64,000 nt of DNA. Source: Callorhinchus milii. Taxonomy: Eukaryota. Each line of letters begins with the position of its first letter. The first letter of the stretch is position 1. The stretch is from NCBI RefSeq assembly GCF_018977255.1, contig NW_024704742.1, forward strand, positions 124,188,001 through 124,252,000, written 5' to 3'. The notes beneath the pieces are model-generated. The model saw nothing but the letters and a program-made list of their open reading frames with translations, had not been told where the DNA came from and made no database searches. Positions 49,770 to 64,000 of this stretch are shown here, piece by piece. The translations under genes were made by a program, and so were the position numbers.

Positions 49770-50563
49770 CGAGAAAATTACATTTGTATAGCGCCTTTCA
49801 TGTCGGGGGGGGGGCGTCCCAAGATGCTGGACAGTCAGTGTTTTGGACCTGAGCTGTGGGGAGGGTGGGGGGAAATCGAGGCAAGGGAGGGGGCCAGGCA
49901 GAGGGACTGTGGGATGGCGTTCCAGAGGGTGGGAAGGGGCAGAAGGCCTGTCCACCAATGGTGGGGTGACCGAGGCGGGGGACGTGAAGGAGGCTGGAGC
50001 CCGCTGAACAGAAGGAGCAAGCAGGTTGGTAGGGGGTAGGAGGCCGTAGAGGTAGGGGGGAGCAAGACCATAGAGGGCTTTGAAGGTGAGGACCAGGATC
50101 TTGAACTGTATCCTTTGTGTGATGGGAGTCGGGCAAGGATGAGAGTGATAGGGTCACGGCGCCTGGTGCAGGAGAGTTCTGCAGAATTCTGGATGATCTG
50201 TAGCCTATGGAGGGAGGAGTTGGTGAGGCCGACAAGCAGGGAATTTGCGTAGTCAAGCCTGGATGTTATGAATGCATGTATGTCTAAGCGGCCTGCGGTG
50301 TGAGACAGTGTCGGCGCCGGGCGATGTTGCGAAAGTGGGGGAAGGCAGAGCGGGTCATGGTACGGATGTGGGATAGAAAGGATAGTTGAGAGTCAAACAA
50401 GATGCCAAGGTTCTGGACTGGCTTTGCAAGGAGGAGTGCGCATCAATAGACGGTGATGCTGTCAGTGCCTGAGGTGTAGAAGTGCTGATGGGAGCCAATC
50501 GGGAGAGCCTCGGTCTTGTTGACGTTCAACTGTGGAAAGCTAGCTCTCATCCAGGACTTGATA
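49770..50563 (-). mobile_element. L2 LINE 3' portion
   Basis: Reverse complement of the L2 family seen at 24540-25320, e.g. ggaccaggatcttgaactg and gtcttgttgacgttcaactg. Confidence 0.9.
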
Positions 50564-50565
50564 TA

Positions 50566-51057
50566 ACTCTTTATCGCGTCGTAGAGACGTTTCAAGGCGC
50601 TTCAAAAGATATACTGTAAAGTGAATTAACTATATTTTGTGGGTGAAACGCGGCAACCAATTGTGCACAGCAGTGTCCCACAAACAGTCATGGATTACAT
50701 AGAATTACATAGGAGTATTGATGGGTGGGGGGGCAGATGGACACATCTACTCTATGTCTACCCTATCAAAACCTTCCATAATTTTAAAGTCCTCTATTAA
50801 TTAGGTCACGCCTCATCCTTCTCTTTTCAAGAAAAAAAGAGTCCAAGCTTGTTCTGCCTTTCCTGATAAGTATAACCTTGCAGTTCCGGTATCATCCTTG
50901 TAAATCCCCTTTGCACCTTCCCCAGTGCCTCTATATCCTTTCTGGAATATGGGGACCAGAACTGTACACAGTACTTCCAAATGTGGATTGAGGGACCACA
51001 TTTTTTTTCTTTCAAGGGATTATTACCCCTGGAAAGCAATCCACCAATTGACTAACC
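50566..51057 (-). mobile_element. SINE body interrupted by a CR1 fragment (~50700-50985)
   Basis: The SINE stops at cagtcatggatt (~50696) and resumes at gtggattgag (~50982). The insert encodes YCVQFWSPYSRKDIEALGKVQRGFTRMIP on the minus strand. Confidence 0.75.
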
Positions 51058-54000
51058 TCACTGATTTCTCATCCTGTCCTGCCCCCCCACCCATCAATAC
51101 TCCTCTCCCCCTCCTGTCAATGCTGCTGCCACCCACCTTGTGTTCCCTTGGTTCGGCCACCTTCCCGGCTCTTGTCTCTTAAGTACCACCCAATCCTTCC
51201 GCTCTCTATCGTAGCACCCTCCCGTTTGCCTGTTTTCTTCTTCGTGTTCCTTCCCTCACTTCCACTGTCCACACTCTCAGTAAAGGGAGTGGGAGCAGAA
51301 AAAGATAGAGCTGCTCACCTTGAGTGGGATCCTGGATTAACATATTAATCATTCTGCTGACATTGAAAATAAGTTGTATTAAATCTAGATTATTTCTCAG
51401 CATAGGATTGGGATGTTTAGTTCTCACAGCTGAATTGATTAATGGCTTCTATCTAAGTTGTAGGATGCTCTAAGAGGAAAGAAAAAAAATTCTAAAGATG
51501 CCTAGCATTGACTTTATAAGAATTGTCTATCTACCCCAATGTTTCCTAAGGTGTTGAAGCACAGTTGGACTGTGAGTCTCCTGAACTATTGTTGAACCAG
51601 AAGTGCATTAAACTTCAGGAAATTTAATGTGTGTTGGTGCCCAGATGTATAAGAATAAAAATTCTTATGGTTGTTCTAAACGGACGAATGTTGTCTGATA
51701 TCATTTCTTCAGCTAATGTAACAGAAGATTATTCCTTGATCAGTGTTAAAATTTAGCCAAAATGTCCAGAATTGTTTTCTACATTCATGTTACATTCATG
51801 CAGTTTGTGTTTAATTCCACAATACTGTGTACAGGATGATGAGTCATGCAGACATGTTTGCAAAACGTGTATTTATATAAGCATTTGACACAAATTAGTT
51901 GCATGATTGTTTGTATCAGAGATACCAGGGACTATTGCCTGGAGGAATTCAAAGCCAGATTATAAATTCAGCTAGTCATACATGTGATAATGCACCACAA
52001 AATGTTTTTAAATGAAGTAGTACTTTATGTTGCAAAATGTAGTTTAAATTATCAGCATTGGAAATTGGGTGCTTAACTGTATCCTCATTATATGGAATCT
52101 TTCAAGTCGACACAAATGCTAATTTCTACAGGCCAGGTGCTGAAACATTTTGTATTTTTGTGGTTATTTTACCTAACTGATGGGATTGGATAAAACTGTA
52201 TGATTCATAGTTTCCTGATGCATGTCAAAGTTGAAATATCTCTGGGTAAATATTTTTGTTTGATTCAGATTGATAGCAGAGCACCTAAATGTGTGACCTT
52301 CCTGGTTTGGACGCATACAGAAGGAGGGGAAAACCTGTATGTGTCCTCTTAAATTTAAATATACCATTTGCACAATCTTTAGAGATATTTGGTTTGGTTG
52401 AGTGATGTGTAGGATTGATATGATGAGAAATCTACTTTGGAGAAAGGAAGGAAATCCCTTTTCAGGGAAAAATACTGGTTGTAATGGCAACATCATTTTC
52501 TTGGTCCCTAAAATACTTAATGTGGATGTGTTAGTGAAACTCGTCAAGCTTAATTAGGAAAACTTGAGCCTGTAGTTTCAAATTTTAAGATATAACTTGC
52601 ACATTAATTAATATAATAATAATCCTTTTATTTGATACAGCGCCTTATCACGTCATCGACATCTCAAAGTGCTATCACGTTAATCGTCTGTTTCTTGGCC
52701 TTTTTTCAAATCTATCTCAATCTTTCCTTTGAGAACATAGCCTACTTAATTGAATGTACCTTAACTACTTAGTTGCTTGAAATATTTGCTTTCTCTTCCA
52801 ATCTAAGCAATAGAAATAAAATTCCTATTGACTTTATATTTTTCATATAAATGCACAATAGACTATATTAAAATTTAATATAGTGTATTTGAGAACAGTT
52901 GTGTGTATAATTCTTTTAACTTCAAATAAAATTACTGTTTGAACAGCCTATGCATGATCGTGCACTATTAGGCCACTCATGGAGAATTTTAAAGGCATTA
53001 AAGATCAATTTAGGAAACATTTTCTTGCCTTCCCTTTTGGTTAGTATGTGTCCTGGGGAGATGAAGAGAGAAATTTTAAGAAAGGTGAAATTGCTCATAC
53101 TACATTTTTACTGTAGTATCAGTTGGGCCATGTTAATGTCTCTGCCAGAATGTTGTCGGCTTGAATAGCAAACCTTGACTTGTTCATCATGGTAACAATC
53201 CAGTGTGGGAGTATAGCACTGTTAAAGTTGCTGCTCTTCAAATTAAATGTTAAGCAAAGGTCTGTCTGCCTTTTCTGGTGGATGTTAAAAATATCTCATG
53301 CATGATCCAGAGGAAATGCAGGGAAATTTGCCAGTGCAAATTTGTCAAACAAGTTAACTGTTTATTCATCTCATTGCTCTCTTGGCGCAGCAGCTGAGGC
53401 AGATAAGCTGTTGTGTGCTTACAAACAAAAAAAACAAATTACATTTGTATAGTGCCTTTCATGCGGTGAAGATGTCCAAGGTGCTGGATTTGTACCTGAG
53501 CTGGGGTTTGGGATAAGGAAGGGAGGATAATTAAGTTATTAATTAATTAGTTAATTAGAATGAATTAAGTGAGGCTTCAAAGTAATTCCTTGTATGAAGT
53601 GTTTTTCAAATATAGCATTTGCTATTACTCTTTTATATTTTAACAGGATGTTTTTTTTGTAATCAAACAAGTCTCAGTGTATCTTAAGTTTGATCTCTTA
53701 AAGTATTGTGTGTTTTGGTAAATGTTCGCAGTTTTTAGCATTTCTAGTTCATTCTCTTTTGAAAATATTAGACAGCTGGTCAGATGATTTTGAGTTTTAA
53801 AAAGCTAATTTGATAAAGCTATGATAAGCCTGTGTAATAAAGATAATACTATTCTTTACAATTCATTATTCAAAACATAGGGACTTTCCCATATTCCTAT
53901 AGATGTATATAGAGTCATTAATCAACTTTCTTACAACAACTTGCATTTATATAGCACCGTTCACGCAGGCCAGTGTCTTGGAGCGCTTATTGTTTACGAC

Positions 54001-54429
54001 AGGGAGGTCAAGTCCAATTAAGTTAATACCTTTATATGTGAAATTAAGGTAGTACCATTCATTATATGGGTTAATTTGTTAGTATAAATTAAAAATTATT
54101 TACAAGCTAGTCTAAGCATGAAGTCAGGATTTTTTGCTAGTCACATGAATACATTGAAGACTGTTCAAAGAGGTTGAGTTGAGGTACAAATCAGCCATGA
54201 TCTAATTAAATGTTGGAACAGGCTCGAAAGGCTGAATGGCCTTCTCCTGTTCCTATGTTCCCATGAGTGACTGACTGATCATTCCTGAACTTGGGCTTTT
54301 CTAAGTTTACAAGAAGAAGTTTACATACCTAAATTATTTTTCTTGTAGGAAAGGGGATTTGAGAGGAACATAAAATAGGCAAAATGTACTTATCAGGAGG
54401 CTATTTGACACAGATCATGAAAGCAGAAT

Positions 54430-54770
54430 TAAGAGGAGCTGCTGAAGATGGGGACCAGGATCTTGAACTGTATCCTCTGTGTGATGAGAAGCCAGTGGAG
54501 TCAGGCGAGGATGGGGATGATAGGGTCGCGGAGCCCGGTGCGGGAGAGGACATGGTCTGCAGAGTTCTAGATGATCTGCAGCCTATGGAGAGAGGAGTTG
54601 GGGAGGCCGACAAGTAAAGAATTTGCGTAATCAAGCCTTGATGTAATGAATGTATGTATGAGGGTTTCGGTAGACAGTGGTGGAGCCGAACGATGCTGCA
54701 GAGGTGGGGGAAGGCAGAGCGGGTTATGGCGCAGGTGTAGGGTAGAAAGGATGAACCAATCTGTTGCTCT
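54430..54770 (-). mobile_element. L2 fragment
   Basis: TLIHTFITSRLDYANSLLVGLPNSSLHRLQII on the minus strand. Confidence 0.85.
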
Positions 54771-54864
54771 ATTACTGGAATTGCCGTGATCAATAAAGTT
54801 TGTTTTGGTTTGGGTCAATACAATATCAATAAATCTTTAAAAAATCAGTGCTTTGAAACAACAC

Positions 54865-55535
54865 CCTGCATTATTATAACAGCCTTCATGCAGGGTAGCG
54901 TCTCGGAGCGCTTAAGAGTGGTGGCGCCTGACACCGAGCTGGGCAAAGGGAGGAGCTGGGAGCTGACCGTAGGCACAGTCAAAAAGAACGTCTTAGGGCG
55001 CGATCTGAAAATGGGAAAGAAGAAGGCAAGGTGGAGGGATTGAGGAAGAGAGTTCCAAAGTTTCAGGGCACAGTGGCTGAATGCATAGCTGTAGATGGTA
55101 GAGTGGAGGGGACAAGGGACAAGCTGGAGCCAGCTGGGCGGAGGCGGCAGGTAGTGGAGTGGGGAGTAAGCAGGTTGAAAGTTAGGTCGGTGCCAGGCAT
55201 GAAGGGATTTGTCGACAAGTGTTAGGAGCTTGAAGTCGATCTGTTCTGTGATAGGGAGCCAGTGGCGTCTGCAAGGACTGGTATAATTGGGGTACAGAGT
55301 TTAGTGTGGGTGAGTATACTTGCAGTGGAGTTTTCAATTGAATGGATTTTGTGGATCGTATTGTTGAGCAACCAGCGAGGAGGGCATTGGAATAATTGAG
55401 AAGTGACAAAAGCGTGGATGAGGGTTTCAGCTGAGTTGGGTGTGAGATATGGTCAGACAATCTGATGGAGGTGGTAGGAAAGTGGTCCTGGTCAGGAATT
55501 GGCTGGGGATCAAATCTGACATTTAGGTGACACAA
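54865..55535 (-). mobile_element. Older L2 3' fragment
   Basis: LNYSNALLAG motif and an L2-type tail at ~54865-54915 on the minus strand. Confidence 0.7.
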
Positions 55536-58500
55536 AATGTACCACATTTATGAATGTAGCATACTTGTGGTGTATAAACGTGTTGTACAAATAGGATTCT
55601 AATGTAGCTTTTGCATTTAATAGTGGCCATAAGTGTTGCTTATCTTTCTGTGATAGTTCTATTAAGAAAGCATGTGATTTTGAAAAAAATCTTAGTGGGC
55701 ATTGCGCAGGAAGTTATACATCTGCTGTCAACTTTGGAGATTTCCGGTCGGTAAATTGTTGTATAACTAGGAAGTTATTTTTGTTTACCGGCTCTGAATA
55801 CTAATAGCACTTTCTTGAGTGTTTTCTCGAGTAGGTTCTTTTCTCTCCTCCCATGTACAGAGTTTTACATAATGCTGCAGTAACAGTTTATCAGTACTTT
55901 ATGTTCCACGTTAAACACATTCAACAATTCTAAAATGGAAAATGAAAAGCTAATAATAGAATTACCACAGTAAAATAAGCCAATTCTAAAAATGCTTTTG
56001 GCCACTACTGAATATAAAAATGATGTTATGGCCCTATTTTTATAGCACATATCTACAACTCAAGACTTATGAGTTTAGCCTTTGGTTGCTGGCAAATCTT
56101 TGGAGGTTCTTGTCTGTGGGTTGACTGATGCTGTATAATTGCAACTTACACATTGTGATGCTGAACCCTCTTTTCACCTCACAATTACAACAGTAAAATT
56201 ACTTTCATAACTTTATCGCTGTAACAGTATCTTACTTAAATGCATGTTAAAAACATACTATATATTTGCTTTGTGGTGACCTTCAACCTTCTTTGTGTTT
56301 GTATGTTTTTAAAAACAATTACCATTTGTCCATATGTGCTATTTTTAAGTTTAAAATCTGTTTCCTAGCTTTCTTCTAACCACAAGGGCTATTTTGAAGT
56401 GGTAGCAATTTTTTTTTGTGTTGACTGAAACCTGGATTTCCAGATCAATTTTGTAATTGTTGATGAATTCAAATCAACATGAGTTTTGAGACCAAATAGA
56501 AAATGGCATCAATGAGTGGTGCAATTTATCAGCAGTGGAAAGGTCTAGCGGTGCCTGGTTGAGTGAATCTATCTGTAACACACTAAGCATTACAGGTACA
56601 ATATATTAGCATATTTAGTATTAATAGCTGCAGCCATTAACATTTGCATGGTAATTCAGGAATTGTGGTAGTACTGCAAAGTTGTAGCTTCAGAACTTTG
56701 TTTTTCTGAATCCTGAAGTTTTGTGATGGAAGGCAACAAACAAATTCATGGCTGTTATTCTACTTAAGAATTCTAGGTTTAGTTTTGGTGCAATGATGGT
56801 CACTTTTGCTGTGAAATACTACAGAGGTCAAAGAGAATATGTTTCAAACTAAGTTATATGGCATAATTATAAACCCATTTGTTTTCTAACTCGTGTCTGG
56901 ATTGGCTAAAGCCTTCGTGAGAGTTAGTTTCTATTGTCATAGATATATTCTAGTGTGACTTGACTTGGGAAGTCAATTTTAAGTGAGATACTTTAATCAA
57001 GATGAACTCTAAAGATTGGCAGATTTTTGAATTGTATGTTTACTTATCCAAGTTCACTGTCAAAACAAAGGCTGTTGCATAAACACCAGCCAGTACAGAT
57101 ATCAGTACAGATTACATGATTTTACACATCAACTAACTGTTATGATCCTCTGCATTGCTTACTTAGACTGTGGTGGTTCCTGAGTCAGTCAGATCTGCAC
57201 TGCTCCAAGGTACTGTTGACATATCAGCTAACCTGACTGGTCAGCAGGACTTGGAGGAGCAGAGCAGCTTGGGGAGTGGGGCGAGGGTACGGGTCAGGGA
57301 TTCTTCCCACTCGGCTCCTGTTAACGTTGCAAGTCAGAGTGCTTCAGGGTGGGGTGATGCTTACTGGAGTAGCAACAGAATCTTGCCAAAGAGTGGTCGC
57401 AATGGTGGACTATGTGGTTTTAGCTGTACCCCAAGTACTCGCAACGCGCAAATTGGAATCCACAAACTTTGACTGTTGCCAGCTGCACTGGATAGTTTCC
57501 GGAACTAGGTAAGCAGGGTGTGTTCATCCAGGGCAAGAGTGCCATCTCAAACTATTCCAGACAAAGGGAAATTTCCGTGCACTGGTGGGATGCTTATGTG
57601 GAACTTTGGTTTGGATAATCTTAAGCATGGTGATGCGTTTCTGTGTGTTGGACTTGTTGAATCCACTATAATGACACTACAGCAGTTGGAGCTAGTCATC
57701 AGAAATCATCTGTTTCACAATGTAGTGTATGTTCATTTCCTGACCATCAATAACAATGGCTGACAAACTATTGTGTGGCTGTCTTGCTTGAGGACGGGGA
57801 ATTTATTGCAGATTGCAGATCTGTACAGGAGCTGATGTGACTTCCTCACCTGACAAATACATTTACGTATGTTGGAACTGTGTCAAGACCAATGCATCTA
57901 ACAAGGATATTGTGGTTCATCTAAAAGATAATAGCGGACTCGGTGCAAACATCCTGTCCTGTCCAGAAAATTGAGTAAAAGGTAACTTTGAAATGTTACT
58001 GCACCAGTAGCACTAGGAACTCTGTTCCTTACACATAATAGATGGGGAAATTAACTTGCAGAACTACATTTGCCTTAGTCATCATCCCAAAGTCGTATTT
58101 TCTACTTTGTTCAAATTAGAGACCCTTTAAATTTATTTCTTTGCTCCTTAAATGTGACAAGGGAGAAAAAGAAACAATATTTAATCACCTTTAACCATTG
58201 TATATTTTGGGGGGCTCATCGTATTGTTGTATTTGTTCTTTGGGGACATCTATTCCTTTTGTTCCATTTCTGATTAAACAAAGTCATGTATGCAGTGAAC
58301 CACAGACAATAATGTGTCAGTCTCTTTTAGCTTAGTTGTTAGAATCACATAGGGCTTTACACACCTTTCAGAAGGTCTTCTTGTACAAACCGATATTTAG
58401 TTCAGTCCCTAGATCCTTTTTTTCCTGTTCAGTTTGATTTATTCCTGGTCCTTTTGAAAGACATGTTAGAGAATTTGTTCTTTAGATGCTTTGAAATTCA

Positions 58501-61500
58501 GGGGCTAGAGATAGATGGTATAGCTGCTTTTATTTGATAAGTGGTGATTAATACTTGGTGACCATGTCTTTTGTCTTCATAGTCTTCCTGGTACCTGTGT
58601 GATGGAGGAACTGTGTGCTATTATGTTTTTAATATTTTTAGTGAGTATTTATGTATAGAGATGTCAATGCTGTGAACAGAACCTGATTTACTTTTTGCTA
58701 TTGAGCACAGCATGTATAGTCATCTGATTCAGAGTAAAGGTTCCTCTGACCATTCTAACAGTTTTAATTTACAAGAAACCTTTATTGTACCAGCTTTTTT
58801 TTAGTATGTGGAGAGAAAAAACCCCAGAAAAACATAACTGAGATTTCAGAGCTGTAACTATAATGTTTCGCTTTACAAATGTAATTTTGTTGTTAATGTG
58901 GGCTGATTTAATAATTCTTGCATTTCTTGTGTTCTGAGTTCACACAATTTTAGGATCTGGATTAAAAACTACTTGCACTCATTGTATCTTCCAGAGAGGA
59001 AATTGTTGTTCAATTGTTCTGAGCTGGATTCAAGTCTCAGAGTTGAAAGGGCAGTTTGTCCTCTTGCTATGTCAACAAGTTGCTCTTCTTTGTGGGGTGT
59101 GGCTGTTGGTAAATTGTTTTATGCATTGCACAGATGTTGTTCCTGAGAAATGGACTATGTTACCCACCCTATTTTCTACTTGCGGGTGATATATCATTGG
59201 TTAAAAGAAGCAAAGCTTTCCTATATGCTGCAGAATGCTTCTAATGCACCAATTATGTTGTTTGTGTTTCCTGCATCTGCCAACCTTGTGATGTCCTAAT
59301 GCAACTGTGAATTGGTACACAATTAATGGATATGGAAGCAAGTTTACTGGAAGTTAAATTGAAGTTGGCCATACATCTTTCACTTGGAATTCATTAAAGC
59401 CACCTGAAAGAAGAGTTGTTCATCTTATGGTTCTAGGTTGATCTGACGACCCAAATTAAGGTAAAAGGTTAGTGTACTAACTGACTGCCTCCAGTCACAT
59501 TGGTTCATATGTTTTTTAGATTATGGATTATTTTTCATTTTTAATTCACTTCATTACTCATGACAAATTCTTAAAATTCTTGGCTTTGTCATGTGTTGCC
59601 TTCTCTGGCAAGGTCTGTTTCCCCATGGTGGGTCGTAAGTTGTATAGGTCATTGGACTTGTGATAATTATCCTGATTTAATATGGGGAGAGCAGACTCTG
59701 TTTGAAAAGAATCCATTGACTATGAATTCTTTGTCTTAGATTGAAACTGCAAGACAAGTGCAGCATGTAGTACAGGCTGCACTTGGGTGGCATTTTAGTA
59801 ATACGATCATTTTTGTTCTTAAGAGCAACCACCATGAAAAAATTGCTGTGGAAATCCAGAGGGCGCTAAGTCCCACATTTTGTGAATAACAATGGTCATT
59901 TGCTGAAAGCCCTTTTGGTGGGAAAATTGGGTTTACCATAAATTTCAGAACTGGTGAGCTGTTTCCCAAGGAAATTTCAGCAAATGATCATTCCCTTTTA
60001 ATTATTACTCAGTGGCCTATGCTTGAGAGTATAGACGTTGTACACTCGAGTACTGCCTTAAATTAGATCTTGGGTTGTTCACATGACTGCTTTTTCTTAC
60101 TGGCCTTTTTCTCTTTCTTCCATAGGTGGAAGACCCTCTTGTCATCTAGTCAGATGAAGAGGACTCGAGTGGAGGCTAGCAGTTTCTGCATTTCTCCTGC
60201 AGTGGTCTTTTTGTTTGTTACTGTAGTTGCATATCATTGGGCTAAACTTCTCCATTCTTGTCACTTTGGATTAAAATGGTCACCAGCTTTTTCGTCTCCC
60301 AGTCAACCTCCTGATAAAATGTAGGATGGAAATTTTTTTTATATAGAGAGGGAAACCCATTTCCTCTGCTGCCTGACTCTTTCCAAACCACTCTCTTCCA
60401 CAGATGCTCTTAAATTGAGTTTTTTTTTGCAGGGCACCCCGAATAATATTGAAATTAATACAGAAATCAATGGCTCAGAGACCATCTTGACTCAACGAGA
60501 ACTGTAGATACATAAAGTCAAATTAAAAGGAATAAAGTCAGTGTTTCAAATAAAGCTAACCTGGTTTACCTTGTTTATTTCAGATGTCGTCAGTTTATGC
60601 TTTTGTACTTTCCAAGATATCGGCAAGCCTAATTCAAAAACATATAAACTCCTCTTTCTAACTCCCCCCTTCCTATTCAATCATATAATGAATGCTACTT
60701 CACATTCATGTTAGACTTGATTTCTTACTGTTTTTTTAAAATTCAATGAGAATTTAAGGAAAAATTGCAGTTTTATATAGTTTCACCAATGTGTAGATTA
60801 ACAAATCCAATGACTGCTACATATAAGTAGCATTAGAAATTTCTCCTTTTTCTTAGTGGTCTAAAGAATCATCTTGAATTTAGTTACTTGACAGATTCCT
60901 GATCTGTTTTCTCTGAAGTTGTAGAGATTCTTACCTTGATATTCTACATATCCTCCTTATCTATCATCAAATTTGTAATATTTTGTTCATCTCTGTAACA
61001 ACCTAGGTTTTCTTTGCAGACACAATGGGGTAAGACATTCTGCAGGTTGGTAAATTTACCAAGCTTGGAACTAAGCACTGATACAAGAGAAATCCTAATA
61101 ATAATTCTTGCATTTGATAGCGCCTTATAATGTCTTTGACTCGTCTCAAAGCACTTCGCAGAATACACTGTAAAGTGACTGTATACTTTGTGGACGAAAT
61201 AGCAAAATATCCTCTTATCACCAAAGCTGGTAAAGTTGCTGACTGCAATTTTATCTCAGGTAATTTCTTTCAGTTTATAAGGAGACCTGATTGCATTGTG
61301 AGTTGGATCATGAAGAATGTCTTAGTTACTCATCAAAGCTGTGAAGGAAAGAAAATTTGATTTTGGGAAAAAAGACAATTTGCTATTAGAAAATGTAAAT
61401 GTAAGAAAGGTACCTCTTTCAACCGTTAAATAATAGCACTTTCTTATGTTTGGAATTTTCCAGAAGCATTCTAGCAGTTTATTTTATCAGATAAATTACT

Positions 61501-63044
61501 AAGTTAGTCAACCACTTCTATTTCCAGAGATATTAATGTTTATTTGAGGTTAATTTACATTCAGGGAAGCTGTATACAGAAATTGTTTACTCGTGGGAAA
61601 GGACTAAGGTTAAAAAAGATGCTAAAGGCAGTAGTACTTCATCTGATCTTTGTCTTGCTAATTATAAGTTTAATTTGTAGCTGATTTTAGCTATACCTTC
61701 CTGTCACGGATTCTGTGTTTGCAAATGTATCCATTAGTTTAACTTGTGTAGCAGTAATTATGCATAATTGGTGTGCTATTGGTGGTTTGTGTTGGAGAGT
61801 ATTGGAAAGATGGAGTTCCAGAGGTTAGGGGCAGATTGTCAGAAGGCGAGTGAGGCGGGGGATGTGAAGCAGACCGGAGTCCGCTGAGCGTAGGGAGCGA
61901 GCAGGATGGTAGAGGTTAGGAGGTTGCAGAGGTTCCAACTAGACTGAGAAGGGATCCTTTGCTTGTTGGGCTGCAGTTGGCTTTGCTTCTTCTCACTTGC
62001 TGGAATTTTCTAGGATATGTGTACACCTCCCCTGAAGTACAGTGAGCACAGTTATAATGCACTCTTTAGGATCCCTAAAGAACCAACCTTTAGCGAGGCA
62101 TGATATACATGCACACAACCAACCAATTCACTCCTTGCCTGCAAAATTATTTGTACACTAAAATAAAAATTGGCTTTTTCCAAAGACATTTCCTGTATGT
62201 TGTGCGAAACAAGAATTGACTGAGGCAACCTGATGACCAAAAGTAGTGTTTTTTTTAATGTATGAAGCAAAAAGGGCTAACTTCTTGGTCAGTGGATCAT
62301 GATCAGTGTCACTTCCTGCTTTGCGCATGCTCAGCAAAGTAAAAAGTGACATTGATGGTGACTAAATGACGGGAAGTCTGTCGTTTTATCAAGAAAAGCT
62401 GTCTCGTGTGCGGGAAATGAGCAGTTGGCAGTGTGATTGCAAAATGAAAGGGGTCCATAGTGAAACCGGATGGTGAACAGATTTGCAGATTTGTACTGCA
62501 GTGAAGAGAGCAATATCTTGGTTGCGTTGAATTTGTGTTCTGCTGCATCAGTGCTGAAAAGAAAATACACATTGACTGAGTCTTTGAATGTTTGACTACT
62601 GGAATTGTTGTGATTGGATTTGTTGTGCATTGGATTCGGAACAATTGTATGTTTAAGGGTTGAAGTTTTAGTGCTCTGGGCACTCAACTGTTTCCTGGAA
62701 GTGATATCAATGGACAAAGAGAATTTGTTTTTAATTTGGTATGAAATATTTAAAATGCTGGCCTCAGTTTGTAAAATTTACATTTTGACAAAACAATGCT
62801 GCTTGTTTCGGTGAAGCTTGGTGTAATATTTCAGTACTTAATCTATGAATGAAATGTGATTTCCTGAAGTAAGGCTTTGAACTGTTTCGAATTACATGTA
62901 GTGGGTGAGAATGGATAAAAATAACTGATTATGTAATACAAATAGCTACTTTATTTCTGCTGAGATTAGAGATTAGGACTTTCTTTAAAAAAAAGTAACA
63001 GTATTACATAATTTCAGGTTCACAAGTATAATCCACAAAATCAA

Positions 63045-63320
63045 AGCCCCTTAAATGGCCATGAAGTGAATAACAAAACTTTTATATGGGGGATTGTTGG
63101 CTCGGACACCAGGAAATCTCCCTTCTCTTTTCAAATAATGCCATGGGATCCCTTTTGTCCACTTGAACAGATTTCAGTTTAACATCTCTTTTCATTGCAA
63201 CTCTCTTCCAGCACTGGATTGGAAAGTCATCCTAGTCTATGAGCTCAAAGTTCTGACATGGAGTTTGATCCCAGAACCTTTGGATTTAGAAACAAGATTG
63301 CTACTAACTAAACCATGACA
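63045..63320 (-). mobile_element. Deu-domain SINE, decayed
   Basis: ttttcaaataatgccatgggatc and ggattgttggctcggacaccagga motifs shared with the 42356 copy. Confidence 0.55.
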
Positions 63321-63434
63321 CCTAAACACCTTTATATCACTATCTGTCCTTCGGCATCCTTCTCATGAGCTCAACAATATCAACTGCTGATTTTTAAAAT
63401 GTTAGAGCTGGTTTCTGATTAAGGTTTTTTTAGG

Positions 63435-63787
63435 AATAAAGGGATTAGATAGGGAAGATGCAGAGAAACTATTTCCTCTGGTAGGGGAATCCAGAACAAG
63501 GGGGTATAATCTTAAAATTAGAGCTAAACCATTCAGGAGTGAAATTAGGAGGCAGTTTTTCACCCAAAGGATAGTGGAAATCTGCAACTCCCCCAAAAGG
63601 CGGTGGATGCTTGATCCATTCACATCTTCAAGACTGAGGTGGATAGCTATTTGTTTGGTCAGGGTATAAAGGGTTACGGGTTAAGGGTGGGTAATTGGAC
63701 TTGAGGTATAGATCAGCCATGATCTTATACAATGGCGGAACAGGCTCAAGGGGTTGAATGGCCTATTCCTGTTTCTATGTTCTATGA
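63435..63787 (+). mobile_element. CR1 LINE 3' end
   Basis: KGLDREDAEKLFPLVGESRTRGYNLKIR...FFTQRIVEI, ending in (TTCTATG)-type repeats. A related 3' UTR piece lies at ~54170-54265. Confidence 0.88.
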
Positions 63788-64000
63788 GCCAAACTCTTCA
63801 CCCATTTGGTCTACAGCTGTGTTCATTGAACTGGCGGATCCATTTCCTGAAAATTGTCCGTGGAACAGGTCTTCAGCGAGAATCCTATTTGCTCTTCCCA
63901 TTTGCCCCCCCCTCCACCCCCCTCGTGCACTTTTGCATCTGTAATTCAAGAGCGAAGTGGACAGGCATATTAAAGTGAGGGACTTGAAGGAGTATCGGAA

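Noticed and set aside
57170..57980. Cluster of short ORFs in slightly GC-richer DNA, vaguely like a LINE ORF1 remnant
   Set aside because: There are multiple stops and no motif I can name with confidence. A BLASTx would be needed.
49700..64000. ARL15 exon 2 (CFRALCCKGPPP...GLTGSGKT) or other host coding exons
   Set aside because: Not found by eye or in the ORF track. It probably lies beyond the window, though a short exon could have been missed.

Overview
Eukaryotic, repeat-rich vertebrate DNA. The repeat content (tRNA-head SINEs with L2-type tails, Deu-domain SINEs, L2 and CR1 LINE fragments) points to a cartilaginous fish, probably a chimaera; this is an inference. The only complete protein-coding gene is the intronless small heat-shock gene HSPB3 (minus strand, 20502-20930). 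The known vertebrate order SNX18-HSPB3-ARL15 fits the rest of the window. The GC-rich left edge is probably the SNX18 5' region. Two CpG-rich regions (~34.9-37.3 kb and ~48.2-49.7 kb) carry candidate alternative phase-0 first coding exons of ARL15 on the plus strand (MDYL|gt and MAEWLQVAVAVCRIGAYT|gt). ARL15 exon 2 was not found, so the right end is probably intron 1. Notable non-genic items are a Helitron 5' remnant with a decayed RepHel-like N-terminus, and a TA-flanked Tc1/pogo-type MITE family, one copy of which has amplified its own TIR motif into a 19 x 17-bp minisatellite. Also present are a near-perfect inverted repeat and CTCF-like motifs around HSPB3, LF-SINE-like relics, and a degenerate hammerhead-like palindrome. 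No CRISPR array, rRNA or genuine tRNA gene was found. Repeat family names come from recalled consensus features, not from database searches, and repeat boundaries are approximate.
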